Of a stretch of DNA of 64,000 nucleotides, positions 11,950-25,888 are shown piece by piece. The stretch is from NCBI GenBank assembly GCA_964016885.1, contig OZ024740.1, positions 359,476,001-359,540,000 on the forward strand, given 5' to 3'. Each line of letters starts with the position of its first letter. The stretch's first letter is position 1. Source of the stretch: Eledone cirrhosa (taxonomy: Eukaryota). The position numbers and the translations under genes are program-made. The notes below the pieces were generated by a model. The model had not been told where the DNA came from. It did no database searches and saw only the letters and a program-made list of their open reading frames with translations.

Positions 11950-13260
11950 GACACGTGAAAAACTAACTCGGTTCAAATTTCTTCATTGTGAAAACTTATT
12001 AACGATAGTTAACGGCCACAAGCCAGCAATATAATCTTATTGAATGCGATCAGCTCTGACTTCCATAGTTTCTGAAGTGTGCTGACCTATATCTTTATTA
12101 CTCTGGCTTTACTCATATCACTATATCTCACATTCTCGTGAATTTCATATACAGGTTCCATTATGAATCACGCTGCATGAGTACTACCGATAGTTAATAT
12201 AAGCCAGTTAAGCTTTACATTATATGTATATATATGCTTTCGAAATAAAAGCTTGTTTACAAAATATGTAAGCGACTGCTGGAGATAAGCAATAACTCTG
12301 AAATTAATTCATGTCAACAGCATAACCAAAGTCGCTGTGATATTATTACAGCTTAAGATACACACAGCAATATTAAATGTATGTTTATATCTGTTCATAT
12401 ATTAATTTAATAATAAATAAAACAGAATAACAAATAAACAAGAACTAAAATTGAGTAGGTATTTTATGAATATTTTACACTATTACTTCTTTCAGTCAGA
12501 AGATTGCAGTCATGCTGGGGCACCACCTTTGATTTTCTCTATAAATGTATCTGGATTAAAAGTTAGCGAAAGAAGATTTAACACTGGTAAACTTCAGTAT
12601 ACATTATGTTGGTGATTTTTATTGAGGTAGTCACAATAGCAGCAGCATCTTGTACAGTTCTTGAAAGAGTAAAATGTATTTGTCCATAAGCAAATAAGTC
12701 AGTTGAAAAGTCAATGACTGACTTTAAAATTCATAGATGTCATTGCGAAAGCCACTCGTGCTGAAAGCTGTAACTGCATCAATGTAAATGGCAGAATGAT
12801 GTCAGAATGTTTTTATGTAATGCTTGGCACAATAATGTTTCCAATCTGTAACAACGCTGCCTTCAATCTGTAACAACGTGGCCTTATCCGTACATATAAA
12901 ATGGGTTATTCGAATTCTTCTTCCATCAAATATATTTTCATAATTAATTTCTTTACGTATAAAATCAACATCATTGATAGATGATAGTATTGCTCAGTCT
13001 GTGAAGCTGGCAAGATTCAATGTGCTGACAGAAACTTGATTTATCATTTCTTTTTCACGCGATTTGACCTGACCATCATTAGGCAGCTCAGTCATTGGAG
13101 TCCAGTTGTTCCTTCCCTTCTCTAACATGAAGTCGAAAAGTAGTATTTGCAGGATCCTATCCATTCTATAGTTGCATATTCATAGTAAATATCTAGAAAA
13201 ACACCACCTTCGGCTCTTCATGTGTAAATACATATCTTTTGGATTCTGATCCCCATCTTA
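11950..13260 (-). mobile_element. Possible very old PLE remnant
   Basis: Only scattered hints (FTHEE..FLDI near 13190-13230, a Cys cluster near 12625-12660, HF near 12075), with many stops. Confidence 0.3.
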
Positions 13261-13366
13261 GTTTACGCCACTAGTGATGGAACATAAATGTGCGCGTGTA
13301 TATGAGGGACTTATTTTATTACATGTTATCCATGTGCTACCAGCAGTATTTTTCTCCCCATTTTAT

Positions 13367-13412
<46 letters not shown>

Positions 13413-13492
13413 TATCCCGGGTTCAATCGGGGGTAACCACAGTAAGTAAGGTACTCAATACATAGCAGAGTATAAATATTTAATATAGAAAT

Positions 13493-13545
13493 AGCTTCTA
13501 CAGGACTAGAACTGTTTCATTCGGAAGAAATCATCAAGAAAGCCG
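13493..13545 (-). ncRNA. Minimal hammerhead ribozyme, C3U variant
   Basis: Reverse complement: tttc-TTGATGA-tttcttccgaat-GAAA-cagttctagtcctg-TA/gaag. Confidence 0.7.
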
Positions 13546-13680
13546 ACTGTCAATATATATTTTCTTTAAAGAATCCCCTTTCTTTAAACCCATCAGCCAA
13601 TGACCCCCACCCATCCCAATCACGACCCTCTCCTACCACCAGAAAATGTATAAATACCACCATATTACATTGACAGTCGA

Positions 13681-13728
13681 CTTTCCTGATGATTTCTTCC
13701 GAATGAAACAGTTCTAGTCCTGTAGAAG
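13681..13728 (+). ncRNA. Minimal type I hammerhead ribozyme
   Basis: tttc-CTGATGA(13686-13692)-tttcttccgaat-GAAA(13705-13708)-cag ttctagtc ctg-TA/gaag; predicted cut after 13724. Confidence 0.78.
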
Positions 13729-13743
13729 CCATTTGTATATTAA

Positions 13744-13877
<134 letters not shown>

Positions 13878-13924
13878 ATGAAACGAAATTTCATTTCTCA
13901 CTCTTGGTACGGCACGTAATTAAA

Positions 13925-14452
13925 TGTATGTATGTATACGTACATACATATATGTATACAGACGTACAGTAGTATATATATATATATACACACATATATA
14001 TATATGCACGTATCGGTTTACCGAACATTTATTATAATGCTCGGTTTGTTTGTTTGTAAACAAACAAACAGCCCGAATTACGCCGTACAGTGTTTAGGCA
14101 ACCACGTCACCTTTTTGTTCAACACTGACACAGGAACTATGTACTAGTTTCAAGCTTATTAGCTATCGTCAGCATCGTATACCTTCCTGCCAGATGGTTG
14201 AACGTCTGAAAGTATATACTTTCCTTATGCATATTAACGGCTGAGCAGCCTAATGGTACATCGTTCCTGTGTCAGTGTTGAACAAAAAGGTGATGTGGTC
14301 GCCTAAACACTGTACGGCGTAATTCGGGCTGTTTGTCTGTTTACAAACAAACAAACCGAGCATTATAATAAATGTTCGGTAAACCGATACGTGCATATAT
14401 ACGTACTACTGTAAGTCTGTATACATATATGTATGTACGTATACATACATAC
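13925..14452. mobile_element. Non-coding fold-back element (arms of about 200 bp) carrying a hammerhead; probable non-autonomous PLE/pLTR
   Basis: 13925-14144 is near-perfectly inverted at 14256-14452; (TA)-rich flanks. Confidence 0.8.
14137..14177 (-). ncRNA. Minimal type I hammerhead ribozyme
   Basis: Reverse complement: cgatg-CTGACGA-t agct aata agct t-GAAA-ctag-TA/catag. The other arm reads catcg, which restores a 5-bp stem I. Confidence 0.78.
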
Positions 14453-16039
14453 TTATATATATATATATACAAGTGGAAGTTTAGTAAAATCGAAACTTTA
14501 GCTGTGGCCAAGCAAAGTCGACCTACAATAGGAATGAGTTAACAAAGCACTCAATAAGGGTAGATCCTTAGAGTAATAACATACGTTTAAATAGCTTGAC
14601 AAATTGAACATTGCGGTAGGCAAAACCCAACCACACAATACCAAAATAACGAAAGAACTAACAGGTTAAAAAACAGACCTGGACAAATCGGACGATATAC
14701 GTCATATATATTTGGGGGTATACGGATTCTTTGTCCTACCGTTAAGATTATACCTCTTCGATAATCAATGAGAAATTAATCTGTTTGATTTAATTTCATT
14801 CAAGTTTATGTATTCTGAGGTGAAATTATAAATTGATTGACAGGTGAGGCATATGATGAAGTTATATCTGTATGTAGAACAGAAGTAACTACATCTGCAT
14901 AAACAACTTCGGCTGTTTAACAAACAACTTAATATATATCTTAATTAACTACCAAGGCCAACGTCAATAATATGCACATTAATACTTGCATTTCAGGATA
15001 CTATTATAAGTGATAGGGTATTGGTATTTAAGCCCCTCGATTACGTATTTCCTTGTGTTTTTTGGTGATGTATATGCCTTCTAATGAAAACCTAATTAGT
15101 CTTGAAAACCAGAGAAATACATATTTATGACATAGTACACACAAAAATTTAAGAATTTACTCATTTTCGATTACTTATATTCTGTATATATACAGATATA
15201 ACCTTATCATAACTTCGGTTGCTTTGCACACATCTTTAAATATATATCTTGTTACTGTCCTTTTTTACGATCCTGGCAAAAAGAGTCTGGTAATTAAATG
15301 ATAAACGAGTCCTACATAAAATTAGTCGGAAGGTACTTGAAAAATCCAACAGTACCAAGAGATGTTGTTTCTGCCTCAGTGGATATTTTAGGATATTACA
15401 AGGTCTAACCTCAGCAAATAATAGCTATTTGAAATCTAAGAACGAAATTTTTAGAGGATGACTACATTTCAAAAACTAATTCCTTCCTAAGTGGAACCAC
15501 TGAAAGAATTCACCTGATTTTCAGCCACCTTGATATTGATTTCTTTACTTTCTTAATTACATTTCTATTTTCCACACTTGTATATACAGTACACCTTCTA
15601 TACGACTCAATACCAAAAATTAAATAAAAATGAAAATTAAAATCGCCATATTACATACCACCTCATAATACTCTACTATATTAGATTTGTACAAACATAC
15701 AGACACAAACACAGCCATTTCACATATCGAGTTATTTTCTGCATCCGTAGCCACCTCGTCTCCAAATCAGTTTCGCATTCTGTGTCCCTGCAAAATTGGC
15801 CGCACATCTTTTCTGCGCATCTTTTAGTTTCAATTCCTTTCTTTGTATTCAGATTTTTCCTTACAATCTTCAATTTTCATCATATTTGTCTTTTTTACTT
15901 CTAACAGCAATGGTTCGGTGTCATTCTTTATGTACCAAGCTACACTATTCTCTTCTGGTCTCACACATCTTTCCCAACTGATAAGTCCTATCTCTCCTTT
16001 CTTTCTTGATAAGTATAACTGTCAACATCATTCCTTAGA

Positions 16040-16880
16040 TGAAAGGTTCCATTCATTGTAACTTCCTCGTTTTCTTTTCTAAACATTGTAACTCGTCTAC
16101 TCCCCACCAACCACTCCAGCTCCATATATTAGCAAGGATACTCTCAAAGTATTAAGTTCTTCATATTTATTCCTGTCATTTAACTTTGATTTTAAAAGGA
16201 ATTTCACTCTCTTAAAGTATACTTCTGTAAACTTAGTTTTCATTTCTAGCTCCAGCAAGCTATTCATTTCCAAAATTCCCAGATATTTTTAACTGTTATC
16301 ATCTATTTACTTCATGACCTCTCCTGAAGGTATTGCTATTCCATTTACGTGTTTGATCTTGCCTCGCTCCAGAATGATCACATCACGTTTCTGTAAAACA
16401 AATTCTATTCGAATGTCCAAACTAAAGCCTTGTACTGAATCCACAAGTGAGCTAATTTGGGATGAAATTTTTCCATATAATTTCAGTTCATCCATGAATA
16501 ATGAATGATCTGAAATTATATGGAAAATCATACCCTTTGCTCTTATCCCCTAAACTCGTACCTGCTTTAATTCTTTTCAATATCATTATCAAAGCCGATA
16601 TGCACAATACAGGCACAATGGAAACAAACTATCTCCCTAAAATATGTCTTTCCTGATTTCAATTGTACTCAAACTTTGTCCATCGCATGTTAATTTGGTC
16701 TTCCATTTTTCCATACTTTTACCAAGAAAATCTATTTTCTTTGCAATTCCAAATATATTTAGACATTTTATATGAGTGTGAGATCAAATCATATTCCTTA
16801 CATTACAAGATTAGTCTTCTTTCTTTTACAATCTCTTAGTATTGTCTTGTCAATTAACAACTGATCTTTAGTACCTCTAT
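16040..16880 (-). mobile_element. Decayed R4/Dong-like LINE RT fragment
   Basis: RGTKDQLLIDK.ILRDCKRR, LFMDELKLYGK and GIAIPSGEVMK are homologous to ORF 46041-49466. Confidence 0.85.
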
Positions 16881-17162
16881 ATTATTGTTGTTATTATCAT
16901 TCGTAATAATTTTGCTCTAACAGATGTTATACCGCCACTATACCAAAAGAGCAAGCCATAGTCAATGACTAAAGGTCCTTTGGGTCATTCTTTTCCTTTC
17001 AACTTTCTAACACCCTCCGCCCCTCCTTCGTTGCTATTCCTAGTAAAGCTATTTTCTACAACAATCCCATCTTGATGGTAATTCCTAACTTTTCAAGTTT
17101 GTATCCAACCTTTTACTAACAGTCTCAAATCTTTATCATTATTATTGTTGTTGTTGTTGTTG

Positions 17163-17235
<73 letters not shown>

Positions 17236-18227
17236 CAAGAATAATGATGGCAGTAGAATTAATATAAATAAGAATTCATTAGAAGACTCATTGAACAGTA
17301 ACAATGACAACAGCAACAATATAAACACGCCGCTTTTCACACATACTTTGGCAAATGTGTGCAAACGATAAATTTCAAACTTAAGTAATTTCAGAAAATT
17401 GGAAAAGTTACGTCACAAAAAGCACTATTTCTTGTTGGTTAGGGATATTTCCTCTGATTTTAACCCTTGGTACGTTATTGCCTTTGTGACGCAATATGTT
17501 GTAAGTAACGATAAAGTACTAGTTATCAGAGTACCACCTGCCTAAATTCCAGAATTGCTAGAGGAAATCATCTCAACATCACTACCAGAAGCTGACAAGG
17601 AAGCCAGAGAACTCCCTCATCCGGCCAAAACCAGCAGTGGCAGGGTGGGGGGAATGGAAGAAGAGAGTTGCAAAGATTACCGATTCCGCAATGGGGTAGA
17701 GTGTCCTATCAACTTTGGTCCCAGAAGCTTTGGTCCCATAAAATAAATTGCACTATCCCATCATCTTATTATCAAGGGCGCGCTGGGCTATGTAAGTACA
17801 TATTGAAAAAAAACAGCTTGGTGTTGTCCATAAAAGATCGAAGCAAACTAACCCGAATCCTTCAAATCCAACCAATTAGCGGTGCAATATAGATTTGCAA
17901 GATATTCCAAAGATGTTCTGTCTGTTTCTTAGAATGAATATTTGTACACAACTACATGCGCGTATGAAACCCACTGACATAAAGAGTATGTATACACGTA
18001 TAAATGCCCCTATACTAAAGAGACATGTCTACTTATAACATTAGTGCAGACATACACACCTTTATATATATATTAATGTACATACTAGCTCACTCACTTA
18101 TTTACAAATTACTGAAACTGATTTGTTTCTAACACTTTATGAGAGACGGGCTTGATTTCTGCACAGGGTAAAGCATATATATAATTTTTCTTTTCACTAG
18201 CTCTGACAGTTGGCAGGTAAGCAGTAT

Positions 18228-18274
18228 ACGGTACTGATGAAGGGTAATCACCCAGAAACATTAGTGTCTGCCGT
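18228..18274 (+). ncRNA. Minimal type I hammerhead ribozyme upstream of a decayed PLE
   Basis: acggta-CTGATGA(18234-18240)-a gggt aatc accc a-GAAA-ca ttag tg-TC/tgccgt; 6-bp stem I. Confidence 0.8.
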
Positions 18275-18539
18275 TCTGTCTATATGCCAACACAAGAGCA
18301 AGAATGACAGAGTCAATCTACTTACATGACTTAATAAGGCTGTTTCCATAATTGCAAACAATCGAATATTATTATTAATATTCGAAAAACTCAGATTTAC
18401 AGTTCTTATATATAAATATATATATATATATATATGCGCTAACACACACACTCATGCAAACACATACACACATACATAAACACACACACACATATATACA
18501 CAAATACATATGCGTGTGTGTTGCGTTTGATGATTTCAA

Positions 18540-19990
18540 ACTGAGACCAATTATATCAGGTCCTGCTTGTGAAACACACTGACTGGGTAGCTTTCTAGAC
18601 ATTCTACTAAAGCCCTTCTAAAACATGTTACAGAGTTATATACCAGATGATCTGAACATGCTTAACAACCTACCAAAAACAGTAAGCCAAAACAAAATTG
18701 TTATTTCCTTTGACGTTGTTAAATTATATACAATATCCCTCACTTCTATGTAATAATTGCAATAAATATTAGTTAGTTACATACCGAGAAGCATTTCATC
18801 ATTGATAGATTGAGATTCATATTACAAAAAAAAACGATTTTACATTTTTGATAAATTCGTGTACCGACAAATATCAGGAACTGCGATGGGCAAGAAAGTA
18901 GCCCCCACATACAACCCACTTTAGTAATACGATACCATGAGAAGAATATTTACAATCAATCACTTTTTGTAAATACCACGCAACTAGAAAAGATCCTATT
19001 GATAACTGTTTTATTTTATGGCAGGAAAACCTTGGCAATCTTATAGAATTCAAAAATCTGATTAATAATATAAACAATAATATTCGATTCCCGGTGGAAT
19101 TTAATCACAAGAAACTGCCTTTTTTGACATTTCAATTATAGAAATAGATGAGAAAACAGAAACGGATATTTATTATAAGCACAAATATTCCAAACAGCAC
19201 CTTCTCTTCACATCGAGCCAAAACATACAAAATGAACAATCTTTTTAATCTAGCAAAAGGTATTTACATAATAATATCTAATCCGACTAAACGAGATTAA
19301 ATACGGGACGAATTAAAAAATATACTTTCGCGGAAGGCTTTCTCACTTAGTTTAGTCACTAACGCAATAGAAATGATAACATATATAGATTTTCAAGATA
19401 TACAAGAAAATAAAAAATAAAACCGAGAGAAACGTATGACCATAATATATTTACACTTAATAGCAGAAATATCGAAATATTTGGCCACCTTTCCAAAAAT
19501 CAATTCTATATGAAGATCAAAGGGTGACATTTATCTAGGAAACCAGCAAATTACCAAAAATAAAAGATAAACCCAAAACATTTTAAAATGTTCTTACTGA
19601 AGTAAAAATCTGTAAACAAATTTCCAACTCCACTGTTACGAAATCCAGAAGAACCTATTGCGGTACTTATTTGTATCTAATTGAAGAATTTTAGAATTCA
19701 AATTTAAAGATGGACAAACCTTCAGAATAAAAGAAAACTTCACCTGTAACTCTGACAAACTAATCTATGGGTGTCTCGAAAACCACATCGGACAAACGAA
19801 TGACCCTACACTGCTAACAAATTTGAGACGAAAACACCAGACAAGTTCCCTTAAGTGGCCCATAACCATATGTGTGGCAATGAACTTGCCTAATTTTAAA
19901 ATATTCTTCTTCCACAAATGCTCAGATTCAATTACAAAATAACAAAGAATTAACAAAAAAGGCCAATTATTAACTAATATAAGCTCCGCT
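18540..19990 (+). mobile_element. Decayed Penelope-like element (RT to GIY-YIG)
   Basis: LRPIISGPACET, SFLDILLKPF, ISFDVV.LYT, YRQISGTAMG and TDIYYK motifs, with stops and frameshifts. Confidence 0.8.
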
Positions 19991-20703
19991 TAAATATATA
20001 AGTATTAACCATCATCTAAAAAACAATTATAATACCCCTTTAGACATAATATAATGAATTAAATACATGAATATTAGTTTCAACTTATTATTTATCTGCA
20101 ATCGGACCTCTCTTCTTACGGAACATTGCAAAAGGTTATTTAATTCTGCATATGTTCGCGTGTGTGTACCCATATGCATATATAGGAGTGCATTATATCT
20201 TTGTGAAAACTGGTATCTGTTAGACACGCAGTGACTAACAACAGAATATTTTAAGTGTATTCTGTTTTGACATACATGCGTAGCTTGTGAATAAAAATTT
20301 CAAGGGGTATCGCTGGCCGTGGTGATGCCTCCCAAACATCTTTTGTAATGTATCGTCTTATTGGCTAATTTCATCGTCTTATTGGCTAATCAACCACTCT
20401 GTTTCCATGTTTATTTATCCTTTCGCTTTCGAATCTTCCTCCAGTATTTCGTCGTTTTATCATCAAAATATTTTTCTCGTTTTGGTAAGTTATATTGTTA
20501 ATTTATATATGATATTTTAAATTTATATTAACTATTAAAAGTCTGAAAATATTTTTATACATCTTACAATAATATTTATAAGATCATTTATAAAATAACA
20601 ATTATATAATCTAATTACATTACAACGATAATTTATTATTAACATATATCATGTTTAACTAGAGTTATTACAAGCGTTGCCTTAAAAACATATGAAAGTA
20701 GAC

Positions 20704-21129
20704 CTGAAAAATGCGCAAGCTCAAAAGAGCCACAGAATGTTATAATAAACCTTCAAAAGTGTGGGACTAGAGTTGTTGTTCAAAAATATTGTAATCATTA
20801 TCTATCGTACGCTCTGTTGCATCATTTTATAAAAAAAAAAGAGGCTCATAACGAACTCAAGACGACACGATAATTATTTATAATATAGAATTCGGTTTAA
20901 GTGCATTTCGTATTAATCATTACTAAACATCTAATATGAGATATTGAACATTAGCTTAAATAATTATCGTGTCGTCTTGAGTTCGTTATGAGTCTCTTTT
21001 TTATAAAAGGATGCCACAGAGTGTACGATAGATAATGATTACAATATTTTTGAGCAACAACTCTAGTCCCACACTTTTGAAGGTTTATTATAACATTCTG
21101 TGGCTCTTTTGAGCTTACGCATTTTTCAG
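20704..21129. repeat. Long inverted repeat / MITE-like element (arms about 175 bp, spacer about 75 bp)
   Basis: 20704-20880 is the reverse complement of 20957-21129 with a few mismatches. Confidence 0.85.
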
Positions 21130-21274
21130 TTCTAGTGTATATATATGTGTAAATTTGTGAGTGCATATGTGTATATATATAAGTACGTGTGTGTGTAATT
21201 GTATGTTTACATGTGTAGATGCATATCTGTGCGTGTGAATGCTTATATAAGTATGTACGTGTGTATATATATGT

Positions 21275-21432
21275 CCACTGAGCTGGCAAAAATGAGTTAT
21301 AACTGTAACTCGAAGGGCCATTCTGTGACACGCTGAATCTCCCTGAGAACTACCTGCATGAGGGTACATGTGTCTGTGGAATGCTCAGCCAATTGTACGT
21401 TACTTTCAAGAACAAACTGTTCCGCTGATCGT
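21275..21432 (+). mobile_element. SINE family A, 3' part
   Basis: gtccactgagctggcaaaaatgagtt...gggtacatgtgtctgtggaatgctcagcc. Confidence 0.65.
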
Positions 21433-21598
21433 ATTAATAAAAGCATAGCTAATGGCATGAGTTGGGCAAACAATATCATGCTAGTGAAAATCGTGCAAAA
21501 ATTCATACCAAAATGATATTAGTTCTTTGTTATATTAGATAAATTTAGAAAATATCTATTGCATTGTCAACACCGTACGTGTTTCGTCACGAACCATT

Positions 21599-21758
<160 letters not shown>

Positions 21759-21920
21759 AAGTGATGGGGTGTTACAGATAGGGAAACAGGTTTACATACA
21801 TGCACACACACACACGCACATACACACACACACACACATACATACATACATACATACATACATACATACATACATACATACATACATACATACATACATA
21901 CATACATAGTTACATACATA

Positions 21921-21982
21921 CATGATGGCTGCCCCCTCGTTATCGAGTATGGCCATTGCACGAGGAGAAAGAAAAAAATAAA

Positions 21983-22014
<32 letters not shown>

Positions 22015-22070
22015 TAAAAAAAAAAGAAAAATAAAAAAAAAGAAATATATATATATATATATATACATAC

Positions 22071-22112
<42 letters not shown>

Positions 22113-25100
22113 TCACACACACATATAGACACACATACATTAATAACAATAATAATAATAATAATAATAATAACAACAATAATAATAACGACAACAACAA
22201 TAATAATATACATATACATATATATATATACACACACACGCGCACACATAAGCATATCTACACACACACACACGATAGCAACTAACAGCGCTGCGATCGA
22301 ATGTGGTTTTTTCGCCCAGCCAATGATCTAAAATGTCTTGCACAGAGTCGGCAACCAAAACATTCACTGGGAATAGTCGGCTGTGGTTGGAGTTCGTGTA
22401 CTTTTGCATGTCGCTTGAGCCCTCCTGCTGATTTACATTCTCTACCACATGTTTGGCAAGCATGATGAGTAGCATCTCCAACAGCAGCCTGGTAGTCAAC
22501 CACTGGTCTTACTTTATGACTGCGAAGATGACTTTCGAGTCCAGCTTTGCTTAGGCAGAGTCTCGCACATACGCTGCATGTCAGCACCATAGGAGGACCC
22601 TCGCCGTCTGGAAGTGCAACAGCAATGCCTTTCCTCACATCCCGCTTTACTTTCTCGTATGCGATTCGATATGCCTCAAAGGCAACTTTTCCCTCATATA
22701 CAGTCTTTCTCCATTTATTACGATCAGCAGCAATATTCTCCCATGTATCAGCAGAGATGTTAGCGTCTTTCAGAGAGGCTTTCAAGGAATCCTTATACCT
22801 CTTTTTTGGTTTTTGTGGCGGTCGTTTTCCTTTAACCAACTCTCCATAAAAGAGTTGTTTTGGTATTCTAGAATCCTTCATCCTGGCAAGGTGACCACTC
22901 CAACGGAGTCGTTGCTTAAGCACAAGAGCTTCTATACTGTCACACATAGAGCTCTCCAAAATCTCGACATCACTGATGTGGTCCCTCCGGTGAACGCCAT
23001 GGATCCGTCTGAGACACATCTGATGGAAACGCTCCAATTGCTTAAGGTGGTGTCGATATGTGACCCAGGTCTCGCAGGCATAAAGAAGACAAGAGAGCAC
23101 ACATGCCCTGTACACCTTTACCTTTGTCCTCCTGCATATGTCTCGCCGACCCCAGAGTCACCTTTCTAGCTTTCCGAAAGCATCACTTGCTTTCCTAATC
23201 CTAAGTGAGATTTCACTGTCAAGGTTGCCGTATCGATTGACAGTGTTCCCCAGACAAACTGATCAACCGCTTCAAGTCGTTTGCCATACACAAAGATGTT
23301 TGGTTCAGTGTACTGCTTACCAGGGGCAGGTTGGTACATGACGACGGTTTTCTTGAGACTGACAGTCAGACCTAGGGCAGTGCAAGCGTCAGAAAATGCA
23401 TTCAAAATGTGCTGCATATCACTCTCTGTGTGCGCTACAAGATCGCAATCATCTGCATACAAGAGGTCTCTTATGATTGATGTAAATACTTTTGTCTTCG
23501 CAGCAAAGCGCCTGATGTTAAATATGCTGCCTGAGGTTCGATATCGGATGTAAACACCATGCTCGCAATTCCTGAATGCAATACAGAAAACCATTGCAAA
23601 GTATATGGCAAACAGGGTCGGTGCTGTTTCACTCCATTTTTTACTGAGATAGGCTCCGACATGTTACCCCCGACATTAACCCAAGCCTTCATGTCGTCAT
23701 GGAAAGACTTAACTAAAGCAAGGAACTTATCAGGGCAACCAAGTTTCTGGAGAACCTTCCATAATGCATCTCTGTTAACAGTATCGAAAGCTTTTGTCAG
23801 ATCGACAAAAACCTGATACAGATCCAAGCCTTGTTCCATGCACTTCTCCCGGAGCTGTCTAGCTGAGAAGATCATATCAGTAGTGCCGCGTCCAGCACGA
23901 AAACCAGATTGACTTTCAGGAAGAACACAATCTGCAATGTGTGTCAGCAGACGGTCCAGAAGCACCCTACATAAAACTTTTCCTACGACAGAAAGCAATG
24001 ATATACCTCTGTAGTTCCCACAATCGTTCCTGTTACCCTTTCCCTTGTACAAGACCACCATTACTGCATCGCTCCAGTCCTCAGGTACGGATTCATTAGC
24101 CCATATCCTGCCAAACAAAGAGTGAAGATGTTGCAGGAGTCTCTTACCACCATATTGTAGGAGCTCAGCATGTATGCCATCCATACCTGGAGATCTTCCA
24201 CTGTTCAGCTTCGAAATAGCCACTGCAACCTCCACAAGCGTCGGAGGTTCTGCGAGAGCTACTTTCACAGGACTTTATGGAATGATATTGAGGAAATCTT
24301 CACTGACGACAGACGGCTGATTCAAAAGATCATCAAAGTGCTCTCGCCACCTTCTTAGAATTCCTTGTGAGTCACGAAGAAGTTCTTTGCCATCCTTGCT
24401 GCGAAGCGGTGTCACCAGAGAAGAAGACGGTCCATAAACCTCACGCAAGAGACTGTACAACAGCTTTGTATTATTGGAATCAGACGCAGTTTGTATCTCA
24501 CCAGCCTTCTCACTCCACCACTGATCCTTCATCTGAGAAAGACTCCGCCTAACACGTGATTTTACATCCCTGAGTTCCTCATGCAACGTATTCCTCTCCT
24601 GTGGTTTTGCCGTCAACTAGCGTGACAGAGCACGCCTCTTATCAGCCAACAAATCTTCTATATGTACATCATTCTCATCAAACCAGTCCTGATGTTTCCT
24701 CTGAGCCAATCCCAGAACACGCCTGCCTACATCATAAACCGACTTTTTAAGGGTCGGCCAATCTTCACCAAGATCTGCAGCCTGCATCTCTTCTTCCAAT
24801 GTCCTCTTCACATTTTTATCCTTAATACGAGCAGCATTCAATCTTTTGGGCAGGGCAACACCAGGAGCCCGGATTTTACGTTTAGTGATTAGTTTCACTT
24901 TTGCGCGTACCAGGCGGTGGTCCGTCCAGCACTCAGCTCCACGAAGAACACGAACACACTGCACATCCTGTCTGTCACGCATCCTGACTAGGACGTAGTC
25001 CAAAAGATGCCATTCCTTAGATGCAGGATGCATCCATGTGGTCTTGAATTTGTTCTTTTGTTGGAACATGGTGTTGGTAACACACAGATCCAGCTCCTCA

Positions 25101-25740
25101 CACATCTGCAGCAGGAGCATATCATTGCTGTTACACTTTCCCACCCCATGCCTTCCGATTACATTCCATGTGTTAAAATCCCTACCCACTCTAGCATTAA
25201 AGTCGCCAAGCACGATGACTTTGTCTGCCTGAGGGATATTTCTTAAAACACCTTAAAAGGACACTTTTTCTTCATCGACAGAATTCATAGTTGGAGCATA
25301 CACACTCACCAGGGTAGCATATCTTCCCTTGTCCAGCGGAACTCTCATGGACATAAGACGCTCACTAATCCCTACTGGGAATTCTTCTAATTTGTTCACA
25401 AGCACAGTCTTAACAGCAAATCCTACCCCAGCCTCTCTTCTGGTTCCTTCATCTCTTCCTTTCCAGAAGAATGTATATTCTCCACAAAATTCCGTAAGAT
25501 GACTATCTCCAGCTAGCCTCGTCTCAGATAAAGCCACGATGTCAAGATCGTCACGTCGAAGCTCCTTTGCAACAAGAGCGGTCCTTCGTTCAGGACGCCC
25601 CAAGGAATCCCTGTCAAGCAGCGTCCGTACGTTCCAGCAGCCAAGACTAAATGCCTTGTTTGGCTCTATTACAATGGCACGATGACGAGCGGGCCCAGGC
25701 TGTGATAACCTGGGGCCCCTGCCCTTATTGCCAATAATCT
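21921..25740 (-). mobile_element. Near full-length RTE-clade LINE, disrupted (APE endonuclease, RT, C-terminal C2H2 fingers)
   Basis: WNVRTL, ALSETR, LGDFNARVG, LDYVL and TDHRL (APE); YRGISLLS, DLTKAFDTV and LLYADD (RT); three C2H2-like motifs. The 3' end at 21921-21966 abuts (TATG)n. Several stops and frameshifts. Confidence 0.92.
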
Positions 25741-25834
25741 TTTTTGTTCCAGAACCTAAATTGCCAATTATCTCTTTTATATTGTTCTGGAACATCATTG
25801 AATTGGGAAAAAAAAAAAAAAAAAAGTAATAATA

Positions 25835-25888
<54 letters not shown>

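Noticed and set aside
15150-15216. Minus-strand hammerhead-like relic (ATGATAA...GAAA), partly inverted at 14851-14872
   Set aside because: The core is too degenerate.
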